Origin: Naegleria gruberi
Lineage: Eukaryota
DNA length: 64,000 nt
NCBI GenBank assembly: GCA_000004985.1
Contig: GG738869.1
Direction: 5' to 3' (one strand)
Numbering within the stretch: the first letter of the stretch is position 1; every line of letters starts with the position of its first letter. The notes under the pieces are model-generated. The model was not told the DNA's origin. It made no database searches and worked only from the letters and a program-made list of their open reading frames with translations. Shown here in pieces: positions 23,254 through 35,570 of this stretch. The position numbers were made by a program, and so were the translations under genes.

Positions 23254-23523
23254 TCAAATAAATATAATAAGGTTTCACAACTAATTGAGTTTAAAAAATT
23301 CTCCTAGAAAAACGTGGCGATAATTCAATCCTGTTCTCTTCATCATATACAAACGAACAAAACAACCTAATTAGCAGGATCTAAGGTAATGTAATTTTCC
23401 ATTTTTTTATACCAACGGCATCCATTATCTCGATCCGATATACACAGGATGAGATGGTAATAAGGAACCATTTCGTTATTTAATAATACTTTGAGTTTTA
23501 TTTGTGTGAAAATTTGTGACGAA

Positions 23524-24549
23524 TTAGGTCAAATCCAATACAGAAATTGCCTCCTTAATTTTGAGAAGGAGAGTAGTATTCCAACTGTCGAGAGTTTTCA
23601 TCTTGTCAAACTTTTTCAAAGCAGAGGCCATTTCTTTTGGATTTTTCTTCTTGACAGATTCAATTAACTTTAAAATCATATTTCCTTCCAAAGAACCATC
23701 CAAATGAATGCAAATTTCACAGTATCTATCATAACAATCTCTCAAATCTTCATAACCTTGACATAGAGCACCTGTCAAGTCATCATTTTCAGCTTTTGCT
23801 AAATTTTCTAGGATTTTACAAAGGAAAGATCTCAATAATGGTTCACGTGCATTGAAAGCAGTTAATTTCTCAGATGCCAAAACAGAAGCAACCTTTTCAA
23901 AATATTTCATTGCATTTGAATAATCAGCAATCAATCCATAAATCTCTGCACATTTCAAGAAACATTCCATCATGCTGGTTTTACTGTTTTCTGTCTGAAA
24001 CATTTCACCTGCATTCTTATAATGTTCAATTGCCTTTGCGTAAAAGTAATTTTCCTCCAATTCACCAACATTATCAACTGAAGGACCTTCCTCTTCCAAA
24101 AATTTAGCCAAATCCTTTTCAATTCCTGCAGATTTATAGAATTTTCCATCTTCTGCCAATAAAATACAGGCATTTTGTGTAATTTCTTCCAATCTTTCCA
24201 TTTCTTTCACTGTTCTCACTCCAATTTCTCTCAAACATTCAGAAATTTCCAAATAAACTTCACCCTTTTCACGTGATCTAAATTCCTTTGGTTTCTTTTC
24301 CATTAAAATCAAAGCCTGCTCGAAACAATCAATAGCTTGTTGATTGTCATTTCCTGTCATGAAAAAATCAGCAGCTTCTTTGTATTTTTCAATGGAATCT
24401 TTAATTTTGTTTCCGAAATAAACTGAACGATTTGCGATGGATTGGGCTTCTTTTTTTAATAATTGGCCTTTGATTCGTTGAGCTTCAAAGAGTGCAGAAT
24501 CAACTTCATCAAAAACTCCTTCATCAACTTCTGGTAGTTTTGGTGGCAT
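23524..24549 (-). CDS. Soluble NSF attachment protein (alpha/gamma-SNAP family), about 341 aa, intronless
   Basis: ATG at 24549 (MPPKLPEVDEG). TPR-like helical repeats. C-terminus ...KKFDKMKTLDSWNTTLLLKIKEAI closely parallels the SNAP C-terminus (...LDQWLTTMLLRIKKTI). Confidence 0.75.
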   Translation of the reverse strand: MPPKLPEVDEGVFDEVDSALFEAQRIKGQLLKKEAQSIANRSVYFGNKIKDSIEKYKEAADFFMTGNDNQQAIDCFEQALILMEKKPKEFRSREKGEVYLEISECLREIGVRTVKEMERLEEITQNACILLAEDGKFYKSAGIEKDLAKFLEEEGPSVDNVGELEENYFYAKAIEHYKNAGEMFQTENSKTSMMECFLKCAEIYGLIADYSNAMKYFEKVASVLASEKLTAFNAREPLLRSFLCKILENLAKAENDDLTGALCQGYEDLRDCYDRYCEICIHLDGSLEGNMILKLIESVKKKNPKEMASALKKFDKMKTLDSWNTTLLLKIKEAISVLDLT

Positions 24550-24679
24550 TTTTTTAAATAGTGATTGGCAGGTGAAATGTACGATACAAAGTTTTAAAAG
24601 TGCTTCTTGGAATGAAGAAGGAATGGGAGTATCGTGATTAAAACTTGTAACCAATGGTTGTGCAAAGTAAAAGATTGAG

Positions 24680-24752
24680 TGGAGATGCGGGGTATCGATC
24701 CCCGTACCTCTTCCATGCTAAATAAGCGCTCTACCATGTGAGCTACATCCCC
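24680..24752 (-). tRNA. tRNA-Ala (anticodon AGC), 73 nt, no intron; one mismatch in the anticodon stem
   Basis: Reverse complement GGGGATGTAGCTCACATGGTAGAGCGCTTATTTAGCATGGAAGAGGTACGGGGATCGATACCCCGCATCTCCA. G3:U70 Ala identity pair. Anticodon loop TTAGCAT. T-arm CGGGG/CCCCG. Position 30 is A, giving A:G against position 40; the second copy at 53879 has C there. Confidence 0.8.
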
Positions 24753-25796
24753 TTACATTCACAATGAAATTACGCTATTTACGAACAAGATTTCAATATG
24801 TTCTTTAAACTATGTACGAATAGAGTGTTTGTTGTGGAATTTTGTTATTCCATTATTATATTTAGTTTTTACAATTGGATGTTTACAAAACGAGATTTTA
24901 TTTTTGACTTATGTAAAACGTAAATTAAAAACTATTCGAATCGAGACTACCTTTCTCATTAAGAATCCAAAAACGTGATTTTAAATTTATCAAAACAAAA
25001 TGCTAGAACACATCGCCAGGTATTTGGTGGCTTTCTTTGTGGGCTTGCAATACTGTGCACTCACGTAGTCCAATTCAAAGAAGCGGTTTCCAATATTGAA
25101 AGTATTGAATTGGCCCAATCTGAAGTTTCTATTGGTGAACAGGTTTCAAGTATTGTTGTTTCAAGTGAGCTGTCTCATAATAACGAATTAGTTTTGGTTT
25201 CGTCTCAGGAATTATCCGACATGTTTGGCAAAAAGATGAATTGTCATTGGATTAAGCAACATTTTATTTTGGATATTGTGGGGAGTTGGTAGAGATTTGG
25301 TGGAAAGATATTGGCGTTTCAAATCTTCATCCGAAAATGAAAATTCGAAACTTCCCAATAAGGAAGGCTCAATAGAATTCGAGTTCCAATAATTGTTACT
25401 CAAAATTATGGATCTGGATGTTATGATATTCAAACATTACTCAATGAACTCAACTCTAAATGCACAAAATACAGTTTCGAATTGGTGGCCGAATCTGAGA
25501 CTAATCCTCCCTACCTAATTCGATGATTCCACTCTCTACATTGTTAATGCAAAATTTTCTGAAAGTATTAACAGACCGAAAATGTACATTTGTGCTCATA
25601 CTAAAAATATGCTAGAATTGAAAAGTTTACAACCATTGGAACAATATCTTTAATCACAATTTATTCACAATAGATTATAATATAATCAATATTGTAAAAA
25701 ATTAATAAAAAAATAATTGGATTTTTATAAATTTCCTTTTTAGTCAATTTGTTCTATTTTAAAAAACTTTGAAAAATCAAAAAATTTCAAAAAAAA

Positions 25797-27881
25797 ATGC
25801 AATCATTTCAATCTTCACCACCATCCGAACCTCTTCCCTCCTGCTCTTCAACCACTTGCCAATCCTGCAGAAAACTCCACAGAAAATGTGATAAACTTCT
25901 TCCGTCCTGTTCCTACTGCACAAAAAGAGGCTACGTTTGTTGTTATGAAAAAACCAGAGATGAACAATCGGTTGTAATCCGAAAAAAGAATGAAAACCCT
26001 TCGTTAAATTATCATCTCCATCATGACAATGATACAACTCTTGTAAATAATAGTAATCATCATAATAATAATAATAATTTAGTATCATCTGGATTTGATA
26101 GTAGTAGTAATAATATGATGATGGTGATGAATAATAGTAATAATAATTTTAATGTAAATAATAATAATCAAAATAGGTATAGATCGGTTCCTTATCAATC
26201 GACTGCTGGTTCTTCGTTGATATTTTCCTCTCAAAGAAATGAAAACAATTCTATGAATTATTCAATGATGATGAATGATTATCAACAGCAGCAGCAATCA
26301 GCAGCTTTTGTAAATATTGCAAATATGTTTAATCAACAAATGCAAATGAATTACAGATTGGTGACAAATCAAACTTTGGATATTTATTATCAATATCTTT
26401 CAAATGGATTTCCAATGGCTGATAGGAGAGTTTTGGAAAGAGTTTTGGAGTATAATTCAATAACTGCAAATGATTATTCTGTAAATAATACATTATCATC
26501 CTCAATGATGAGTCACTTGTATAGTAGCATATCAGAGTTTGAAAAGGATCAGTGTTTATTATTTACATTACAGGCCATGTGTTTGCAACAACTCGGTCAA
26601 AGAGAAACAGCCAATTTAATTTACTCAAATGCAAGACAAATCATGGGTAAATATTTTGATGATCTCGATTCTCAAAGTATGATGGTTGCCATGACTTTTA
26701 TGGGATTGTATTTGATTGGAGAGGGTGAAAATAGGAAGGCCAAGAATATTCTATCATCTGTGAAGAGTGCTATAGCTCCGTATAAGAATCCAGCAGATGT
26801 CTTGCAAAGTAATAACAATCCAATGCCATCATTTTCATTGTCATCAAATGAAAAACAGCAAGATGATGACACCATTTCAGAATGGGTTATTACGCAACCA
26901 AAGTGTTTTACTTCATTCTTGGTAGATACTCAGCTTCGTGGATTGGAAGCTTATTTTGGAGAGGAAGAAAATCCAAAAACCTACATTTTGGATGGATTTG
27001 AAACTCTTGGAAATAATAATTTGAATCTTTCAAAACTACGTGAAATGATTCCTGATTGTAGAGTGTTGAATAAGGAAGCAATTGATAGCTTATTGTCGTT
27101 GCTCCCTGCTTTGGAGTGTCTAGCTAAGGTTGTCTTGACAAATTTCAACAAGGCGCCCACACTCAAACTCCTCTACTCTTTAATGTTCAAACAAGCTCAC
27201 TTGGACATTTTGAAAAATGCAGAAGAAAGTATTCGAGACATTCCACAAATCTTGAATGTTTGCAGTCAAGTAATAGAATTGACTAGAGATGAATTATTTT
27301 CATTTTTACCAATTGTTGCTACCAAACCAATTGTAATGGCCTCTACACTAAGAGTGCACTATTTCAGTTCGCTAGATTCAACTGAAAATTTCAATGATGA
27401 CCTGCGTGCCTTGAAAATACTCTCTAAAAACTTTAAGGCCATTCAGGCAAGCTGTGCTCCCCTCATTAAAGCTCTGGAGAGTTTGATCTATTTACAGCAG
27501 AGAAATAGTGCATCGGGAATAGAGTCATTATTTGATTTTGGAGAGGATATCTTTTCCATAGAGTCTCTTTCCAATTCATCACCAAGCTCATCAAATTGCT
27601 CGAAAGAAAATCTAACACCACAAACCATTTTCGATACCTATCAGTCAGATTACGCCCCACTTTTCCGAGACTTTGGTATAGATATGGAAATAGTTGATGT
27701 ATTCATTGAGAATATGAGTGAACAAGAAAAATTATTTCATAATGACAAGACGAAACTAGCAGAAAAGAGAATGGAACTTGTAGAATCTTTCAAGGCAATA
27801 TCTGGAAAGAAGAAGGATGTATTTGGCATTGTAGCTTGTGAATTTTTAAAGAAACAACTTCTTTTTAATGAAAATAACTAG
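25797..27881 (+). CDS. Zn(II)2Cys6 binuclear-cluster (Gal4-type) transcription-factor-like protein, 694 aa, with N/Q/M-rich low complexity
   Basis: N-terminus CQSCRKLHRKCDKLLPSCSYCTKRGYVC matches C-x2-C-x6-C-x6-C-x2-C-x6-C. The central region is paralogous to the 29710..31797 gene (FEKDQCLLFTLQAMCLQQLG.., GKYFDDLDS, LYLIGEGENRKAKN). Confidence 0.75.
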   Translation: MQSFQSSPPSEPLPSCSSTTCQSCRKLHRKCDKLLPSCSYCTKRGYVCCYEKTRDEQSVVIRKKNENPSLNYHLHHDNDTTLVNNSNHHNNNNNLVSSGFDSSSNNMMMVMNNSNNNFNVNNNNQNRYRSVPYQSTAGSSLIFSSQRNENNSMNYSMMMNDYQQQQQSAAFVNIANMFNQQMQMNYRLVTNQTLDIYYQYLSNGFPMADRRVLERVLEYNSITANDYSVNNTLSSSMMSHLYSSISEFEKDQCLLFTLQAMCLQQLGQRETANLIYSNARQIMGKYFDDLDSQSMMVAMTFMGLYLIGEGENRKAKNILSSVKSAIAPYKNPADVLQSNNNPMPSFSLSSNEKQQDDDTISEWVITQPKCFTSFLVDTQLRGLEAYFGEEENPKTYILDGFETLGNNNLNLSKLREMIPDCRVLNKEAIDSLLSLLPALECLAKVVLTNFNKAPTLKLLYSLMFKQAHLDILKNAEESIRDIPQILNVCSQVIELTRDELFSFLPIVATKPIVMASTLRVHYFSSLDSTENFNDDLRALKILSKNFKAIQASCAPLIKALESLIYLQQRNSASGIESLFDFGEDIFSIESLSNSSPSSSNCSKENLTPQTIFDTYQSDYAPLFRDFGIDMEIVDVFIENMSEQEKLFHNDKTKLAEKRMELVESFKAISGKKKDVFGIVACEFLKKQLLFNENN

Positions 27882-28073
27882 TTAATTACCTATATAATTT
27901 ATTTTTCTAGTTCAACAATGTCAACAATCTGAAAATGTGAAAAGAAGACATGAGTTATTATTTTAAGGAATTAAGAAAAGGTAGCTTTTTTAAATTTTAA
28001 TTTTTATTATTTCAATGCTTGATTGTTCAATTATTACATTAACAATATTGCACTGAAAGTGAGATTAATGGAT

Positions 28074-29441
<1,368 letters not shown>

Positions 29442-29709
29442 TTATTATTATTTACGAGTGTTTTGCAAGTTTCTCTATAATGGAGGACGAGCGATTTTTT
29501 TTTGTTGTGTTTTGTAGATTGGCTGTTACCCAGTTTAGTTTTAAAGCAAGTTTTGGCGGCAACTAACCGTAAACACAAAAGTTGTAATTTTTGGAGGGAA
29601 ATTTTGTAGGTGGTTCCAAGTACTATTGTCATTATACAACATTGTAGATTTTTAGAGTTCTTAAACTGATTGAAGTTGAAATACAATATTACTCATACAT
29701 ATACATGAT

Positions 29710-31797
29710 TTATTTCTGTTGTTGCAATTTTGCCTTTTCCAACTCCATTTCATAACTGAGTTGCTTTTGCATGAGCTCTGTTTCAATCACATGATAAACA
29801 TCCTTCCTATTGATTGCCTTATTTCGGTAGACTTGAACTAGTTGTAATTTTCTTTGATGCAAGCTCTCTATTTTTTGAACAGGATCAGTAACTTCTTTCT
29901 TAATCTTGTCTTGGTCCAATAGACAATTGACTAGCTCATCTATAAGATCAGCATCATCCTTCATCACTTCATTCAGAATAGGTCTGTGGTGTTCTATATA
30001 GTCATTATAATAAACATAAATACCTCCTTCAATATGTGGTTTCAATGTTGGTTCAATTTTGGAGGTAAAGTTACAAATTTCATCCACAGAAAATGGATTC
30101 ATGCTTCCATTATTTGATGACATGTATGTCAGTGTTTCAAGTGCCTTTATCAAATCAACACATTCTGTTTGGATGTATTTGTACTTATTTGAGAGTGATC
30201 TGAGAGCTCTTAGATCATCATTCACATTTTCATTAGGTCCTAGTTTGTAATAGTAATTTGCCCTCAGCGTGGTTGCTAAAATGATACCCTTAGTGGCATT
30301 GATTTGTAGATAGGGAAAGAATCTAGTCCTCGTTAATCCAATAATTTCACTCGAAACTTGTAAAATTTCATCCAAATCTCTGATACTTTCATCTGCATTA
30401 ATTAGAATTTCCAACCAAATCTGCTTTGTTGTGAGCAGCAAACCAAGCATAAGCAAATTATCTATATTTTGTGTTCTTTCACTCTCAACATATATCGTTG
30501 TGAGACTCATGAACGCTTTCATGATAGACCTCAGCTTGTGATACATTTCTTTGCCCAGTTTTTTACAACCTCTGGATCGTTCTTCTTCAGTGAATTTCAT
30601 TTTTCGGCTAGAAATTTCTTCAATAGCCTCGAAAAGATATGTATCCGGGTAGGTTTCTTCATATAGGTAAAGATCAACCAGTTTCAACATGGATTCAATC
30701 ATTAATGACGTAAAAGACTTGGTATTCTTCAATATCAGGTCTAGATCAGTATGTTCTTTGAGCTTCTCGTTTTTCAACAGGTATGGCTCTATACCTGCCT
30801 TTACAGTTGACATCATGACTCTAGCTTTTCTTCTTTCACCTTCTCCCAGCAAGTAGAGTGATGTAAATTTCATAGCGAGTAGGACATTCATCGAATCAGT
30901 ATCATCAAAATATTTTCCTAATAATTGTTTTCCTTGGTGATAGAGTTGAGTAGAAACGTCTCGATGACCCATCTGTTGTAAACACAATGCTTGTAGTGTG
31001 AATAAGAGTGATTGATCCTTCTCAAATTCAAACTGATTAGTGTAAAAATCACACCCAGAGGTTGAGAATGAAGGATGATACAAATTAGATTGATATTCCA
31101 AAACTTGTTCCAATTTCTTTCTTTCAACAAGTGGCATTCCACAAGCAATTACACCAAAATATACATCCAGAGTTTGAGTACTAACGAACCGATAATTCAA
31201 TTCGTTTTGCATTGGATTATTACTAGTTGTATTATTTCCAATCCTATTCAAACTATTATTTACAATATTTACATAAGGTTCTCCTCTCCTGACAATAGCC
31301 TTTGAATTTCCACTCGAAGAGACAACTGATTCATTCACTGAAACAAAATCAGCACCATTCACGCTACTTCTCACATTGGTAGTTCCTCTGTATGATGATA
31401 TTTCAGAACATTGATCCATTGTTGGCTGATTCATTTGGTGTGATAACTGTCTTTGCTTTCTTCCTTCATCGACAAACACAAACTTTGGTTGATTTGGTTT
31501 TGCAGCTCTCTTTGGTTTTTCATACGTACAATTGTATCCTCTCTTCAAACAATAGGAACAGGATGGCAGTAATTTATCACACTTTCTGTGTAATTGACGA
31601 CAGGACAAACATGAGTATTCACTCTTTTCAACCATCAAAACCACAATCTGAGGAGTAGCCGAAGTCGACGATGAAGAATTAATTGATTGTCCCAAACTAT
31701 TCTCACAATTAACCATACTATAATTACTAGTGCATTGATCATTATTTGGCATGATCATCATACTCGAATAATATCCTCCTCCATTTAAATTATTCAT
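29710..31797 (-). CDS. Zn(II)2Cys6 binuclear-cluster transcription-factor-like protein, 695 aa; paralog of 25797..27881
   Basis: CLSCRQLHRKCDKLLPSCSYCLKRGYNCTYEKP cluster. Shared blocks FEKDQSLLFTLQALCLQQMG, GKYFDDTDS, LYLLGEGERRKAR, NADESIRDLDEILQVSSEIIGLTR. Confidence 0.75.
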   Translation of the reverse strand: MNNLNGGGYYSSMMIMPNNDQCTSNYSMVNCENSLGQSINSSSSTSATPQIVVLMVEKSEYSCLSCRQLHRKCDKLLPSCSYCLKRGYNCTYEKPKRAAKPNQPKFVFVDEGRKQRQLSHQMNQPTMDQCSEISSYRGTTNVRSSVNGADFVSVNESVVSSSGNSKAIVRRGEPYVNIVNNSLNRIGNNTTSNNPMQNELNYRFVSTQTLDVYFGVIACGMPLVERKKLEQVLEYQSNLYHPSFSTSGCDFYTNQFEFEKDQSLLFTLQALCLQQMGHRDVSTQLYHQGKQLLGKYFDDTDSMNVLLAMKFTSLYLLGEGERRKARVMMSTVKAGIEPYLLKNEKLKEHTDLDLILKNTKSFTSLMIESMLKLVDLYLYEETYPDTYLFEAIEEISSRKMKFTEEERSRGCKKLGKEMYHKLRSIMKAFMSLTTIYVESERTQNIDNLLMLGLLLTTKQIWLEILINADESIRDLDEILQVSSEIIGLTRTRFFPYLQINATKGIILATTLRANYYYKLGPNENVNDDLRALRSLSNKYKYIQTECVDLIKALETLTYMSSNNGSMNPFSVDEICNFTSKIEPTLKPHIEGGIYVYYNDYIEHHRPILNEVMKDDADLIDELVNCLLDQDKIKKEVTDPVQKIESLHQRKLQLVQVYRNKAINRKDVYHVIETELMQKQLSYEMELEKAKLQQQK

Positions 31798-32166
31798 ATT
31801 TAAATTATTATTATTATTAATTCATATTCATCTCCGAAGAATTAATTTGCTCATTCATTGGTGGTTGTTGGAATTGTTCTGGATACAGAAAACTTTCAAA
31901 TTCATCATCGTCATTAACTCCACTCCAACCAATATTATTACTATCATAACCCGATGAATGGATCATTCGAAACTCTATTTTGGCGCCTTTTTTTTGATAT
32001 TTTTATTATTGGTGAATTTTTGTTTTTCATATTTTTAAATCAATATGAAGAATTTGAAGTTGAATTTGATCTTCAAATAATGATTGAATTTCAACATTCT
32101 TTTGATTGAATATTGTAAACAACATTACATATAATATTCAATATTAATGACAATTATTGTAAAAAA

Positions 32167-33294
32167 ATGCGTTTACTGCTAAGTGGACAACACTTTTTAA
32201 AGCCACTCCTATCTATCAATGAATTGTTGGACCAAATAATCGACTATTTAGATTATCCATCTATTATTTGTCTTTCCATGAGTAATAAATCCCACTTTGG
32301 AATTAACACTTTTTCATCAATTACAACTTCCGAATCATCATGCAACACACCTTCATCATCACTCCTCACATTAAATCCCAATTTATGGGTTAATTTAGTT
32401 ATTAGATATGATTGTGTGGGTGAATTAATTTCCAAATTTCCATCATTGAGTGGCTTGGAAGATGTTGAGGCTATGAATGAGAGGGAGAGAATGGATTTTA
32501 GTTTGAAATGTAGGGAAATATTATCGGAACATGTTCTTGGCAAATTGAAAAAGTATAAATTGAAAAAGTTGGATGAGAATGATGGTAAACAATTGTGTCA
32601 AGTTTGTGGGGAGTTGATTGAGATGGGGGAATTAATTGTATTGCATGTGAAGGAGGGAAAGGTTGCATGTTTTTATGAGTATTTTCATTGGAATTGTTTG
32701 GATATGGATGAGATGAATAGGATAAAGATGAAGAGATGTGAAATTGAGTATACTGATTCGAATAATTACTTTTTGAGGAAACAGGTGGAAAATTTCTATA
32801 AGAAAGTGGATGAATCGAGAGAAGTGAGAAGACAGAAATTATTTGGAATTGTTTGTGATTCATGTTTAAAGTTTCAGAGCTCGAGGTATTATTCTGGATT
32901 GGATAGTGATTCGAATAGAGTTGATTTATGTATGAATTGCTATTCCAACGAAAGAGCCACAAGTTTAACCAGTATTGAGAAGAGAAAGCCCTCACTGATT
33001 ACTTGTAGTACTTGTAAAGAGCCAATTAAGAACGCCATATTTTCATGCCAATATTGTGACTATTATTCTCTGTGTCAGAATTGTTTTGAACAATTACCCA
33101 AAACAAGTAAGCATTCCTCTCATCCGTTTACTTTGGTTGGATGTTGTATTGATACATTAGAATCAAATTCACATACTTCACGTTCAGAGACAACCGAATC
33201 TAAAAAGAGAAAGTATGAAAGCAATTCGAAAGTACCCAATAAGAAGGTTAGTTTGTTAGATGTTGCCAGGAATATGGGTTTTGATTTGACTTGA
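32167..33294 (+). CDS. Protein with two ZZ-type zinc-finger-like Cys clusters and a weak N-terminal F-box-like segment, 375 aa
   Basis: ATG at 32167. CDSCLKFQSSRYYS...CMNCYSNE and CSTCKEPIKNAIFSCQYCDYYSLCQNCFEQ (CxxC…CxxC pairs). LLDQIIDYLDYPSIICLSMSNK is weakly F-box-like. Confidence 0.55.
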   Translation: MRLLLSGQHFLKPLLSINELLDQIIDYLDYPSIICLSMSNKSHFGINTFSSITTSESSCNTPSSSLLTLNPNLWVNLVIRYDCVGELISKFPSLSGLEDVEAMNERERMDFSLKCREILSEHVLGKLKKYKLKKLDENDGKQLCQVCGELIEMGELIVLHVKEGKVACFYEYFHWNCLDMDEMNRIKMKRCEIEYTDSNNYFLRKQVENFYKKVDESREVRRQKLFGIVCDSCLKFQSSRYYSGLDSDSNRVDLCMNCYSNERATSLTSIEKRKPSLITCSTCKEPIKNAIFSCQYCDYYSLCQNCFEQLPKTSKHSSHPFTLVGCCIDTLESNSHTSRSETTESKKRKYESNSKVPNKKVSLLDVARNMGFDLT

Positions 33295-33395
33295 AAGTTC
33301 TCAAAATTTCACCTCATACTTGCATCAACCATTAATTATATGTTTACAACACACGAGTTAATAATAGTTCACAATCACAACATTAACAAAAAAAA

Positions 33396-34280
33396 ATGGA
33401 TGAAAAAACCACCCTTTCACTCATCGATTTTAAACCACACCATCCAGATCTTGGTAAATTTTTGATTAAGAAACTCCGAGAACCATCCAAGAAAATATTT
33501 TCGCTCAAGTTTGAAAATGTGGACACCTTGAAATTAAATGGAAATACCTTCTATTCCCAAGTTAATCATCAATACAAAGTTTTAATAGTAGGACAAGGTG
33601 AAAGCCTAGTGTTCTTGGATTTGGAATCAAGAAAGGAATTATTCAAGTACACCTTTGATCATTCAGTTTATTATTTTGAAATTCATGGTGATGATTTGTT
33701 TATTACATTTTCATCGAATCATTTGGTGAGATTTAATTTTCAAAAGATATACAATAGAAAACCCTTGTCTGAATGCAAAATTTGGCAAAGTCACCCATTT
33801 AAATATATTTGGGGATTTTCAATTTGGAAAAATTTGATTCATGTGTGTGATTTTGATGAACAAGACATTTTTATTCTTGATTACAACACTGGAGCCAATG
33901 TTGAACGTGGCAACTTGCCAAAGACAGATAAAGCTGCTAATATTACCTTCTCTTCCTTGAATGAAATGTATATATGTGGTTTGGGATTTTTAGAAGTGTA
34001 CACATTGAATGATAACAACAATTGGATCATTAAAAAAAGGTACGACCAATTAACAGGTAGAGGTAGCCAGGGATTTTATTCATTATTTTATGAGGAAGGA
34101 AGTCAGAGAGTATTCCTAACTGATTCCAATAGAAAGGTTTTGATATTTGATAGAGATCTTACTCTGCAACAAACTTATGAAAGTAAGAATAGTGGAGCCT
34201 ATGGTATACACATTGATTCATCAACTGGCTATTGTTACTTGTGTGACAATAGTGCAGCCTTACTGTGTATTTTCAAATAA
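33396..34280 (+). CDS. Hypothetical protein, 294 aa, probably beta-propeller-like
   Basis: Uninterrupted ORF starting at an ATG with an A-rich leader. Repetitive beta-strand-like segments (VFLDLESRKELFKYTF, VFLTDSNRKVLIFDRDLTL). No defined family. Confidence 0.45.
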   Translation: MDEKTTLSLIDFKPHHPDLGKFLIKKLREPSKKIFSLKFENVDTLKLNGNTFYSQVNHQYKVLIVGQGESLVFLDLESRKELFKYTFDHSVYYFEIHGDDLFITFSSNHLVRFNFQKIYNRKPLSECKIWQSHPFKYIWGFSIWKNLIHVCDFDEQDIFILDYNTGANVERGNLPKTDKAANITFSSLNEMYICGLGFLEVYTLNDNNNWIIKKRYDQLTGRGSQGFYSLFYEEGSQRVFLTDSNRKVLIFDRDLTLQQTYESKNSGAYGIHIDSSTGYCYLCDNSAALLCIFK

Positions 34281-34317
34281 TAAGGTTAATCTTAAAGTTT
34301 AATGATAAAAAAAGACT

Positions 34318-35457
34318 TTATATCAATTTATTTCCAACACCAGGAGCAAGTAAATACTTGAGAATAGCACAATACCAAATAATTGCTGATGGTTCTTCTA
34401 TGTTAGTATTGGTGATATCCAAATGAAGCCCTCCAAAATTCTCAAAAGCATACTTGTCAGCTATTTCGTTTGAAATTAATCTCTCATTATTCTGATCCTT
34501 CTTTGTTGTAATTAAGATCACTTCTGCTTTTGGTGCATTTTCCTTGATGGCTGTCAATTTTTGATTCATTGATTCTAATGTTGAATACTCAGAACTGGGA
34601 TCTACTAGCAGTAGGATGACTGAGGAATTTTTATAATAGGCTGATGTAATTGACCTGAATCTTTCTGGACCACACTGATCCCATAATTGAAGTTTGATTT
34701 TGGTGGTCTCTCCGATATGGAAACTCTTAATTGCAAAATCAATTCCAATAGTTGTCATATGGCTGTTCATACTTGCATTAACTGGTGTATCATTCATTGC
34801 ACAATTAAGTAATGAAGTCTTTCCACTTGCATAGTCACCGTCTAGAAGAACTTTAGTGAGATAGTCAAACTCGGATTTGGGTGGTTGTTCAGAAGTAACT
34901 GTCTGGTTCACATTTGTGGTATTATTACTCTTTGAAAATAATGATCCAAGAAATGATAAAGTATTTCCAAAAAAGCTAGATGGAGGTGCTTGATTTGATT
35001 CAATAACTGTAGGTTTTCTTATTGGAAACATTGGTAATTCTTCCATATCTGTAAATATGTTAAAGTATCCCTTCAAAATACTCAATTCTGCATCAACCCA
35101 TCTCTCCATAGCAAAACATGATTTAATATCAACAGACTTGGTGGAATTCCTTGCTAATTTACTAGCAAACTCAAAAGCCTCCTTTCGTAACAAGTACTTT
35201 TTGAATTTTCTTCCATTTACTGATTCTAAAAATCCATTCAAATCAACTTGTCTAGTAGAATTCTCAGATAGTGAATTAAACGTCTTTTCATAGCCTTGCA
35301 AAATATATTCACCACATAAATTTCTCCAACATTTACAAACGTGGCTCGTGTTGAAAATTAATTCGACATGACTAATGTGAGAGAGAATCTCTCCGATCAA
35401 TTCGTTTGGCAAAACTTCAAAGATAGCTGAGGATGGAGTTGGTTCTTGTTGAAGCAT
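34318..35457 (-). CDS. F-box domain fused to a divergent Rab-like small GTPase domain, 379 aa
   Basis: N-terminal FEVLPNELIGEILSHISHVELIFNTSHVCKCWRNLC (F-box). C-terminal P-loop LLDGDYASGKTSLLN. Switch I TTIGIDFAIKSF (Rab-like IGIDF). G3 WDQCGPE, where Gly-Gln is replaced by Gly-Pro. G4 ITTKKD. Converges on the 33396..34280 gene with stops 37 bp apart. Confidence 0.65.
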   Translation of the reverse strand: MLQQEPTPSSAIFEVLPNELIGEILSHISHVELIFNTSHVCKCWRNLCGEYILQGYEKTFNSLSENSTRQVDLNGFLESVNGRKFKKYLLRKEAFEFASKLARNSTKSVDIKSCFAMERWVDAELSILKGYFNIFTDMEELPMFPIRKPTVIESNQAPPSSFFGNTLSFLGSLFSKSNNTTNVNQTVTSEQPPKSEFDYLTKVLLDGDYASGKTSLLNCAMNDTPVNASMNSHMTTIGIDFAIKSFHIGETTKIKLQLWDQCGPERFRSITSAYYKNSSVILLLVDPSSEYSTLESMNQKLTAIKENAPKAEVILITTKKDQNNERLISNEIADKYAFENFGGLHLDITNTNIEEPSAIIWYCAILKYLLAPGVGNKLI

Positions 35458-35570
35458 TTTTTTTTGTAATCAACTTTGATGACGTTCCAGCTGTCCTTTG
35501 AAATTGTGCTGAGTTTAAATCAAATTAGAAAGCAAAATAAATAAAGAAAATTTGAGAAATCAAAAATGTA

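Noticed and set aside
24975-25292. 105-aa ORF in the tRNA-Ala / Zn2Cys6 spacer
   Set aside because: No ATG start (alternative-start ORF only), low-complexity Ser/Val-rich translation, no splice support. The only real ATG nearby gives a 22-aa peptide.
24600-25800. Possible tRNA-targeted retroelement next to tRNA-Ala, as in D. discoideum TRE elements
   Set aside because: No reverse-transcriptase, endonuclease or gag-like ORF and no poly-A/TSD structure within 1 kb on either side of any of the three tRNAs.
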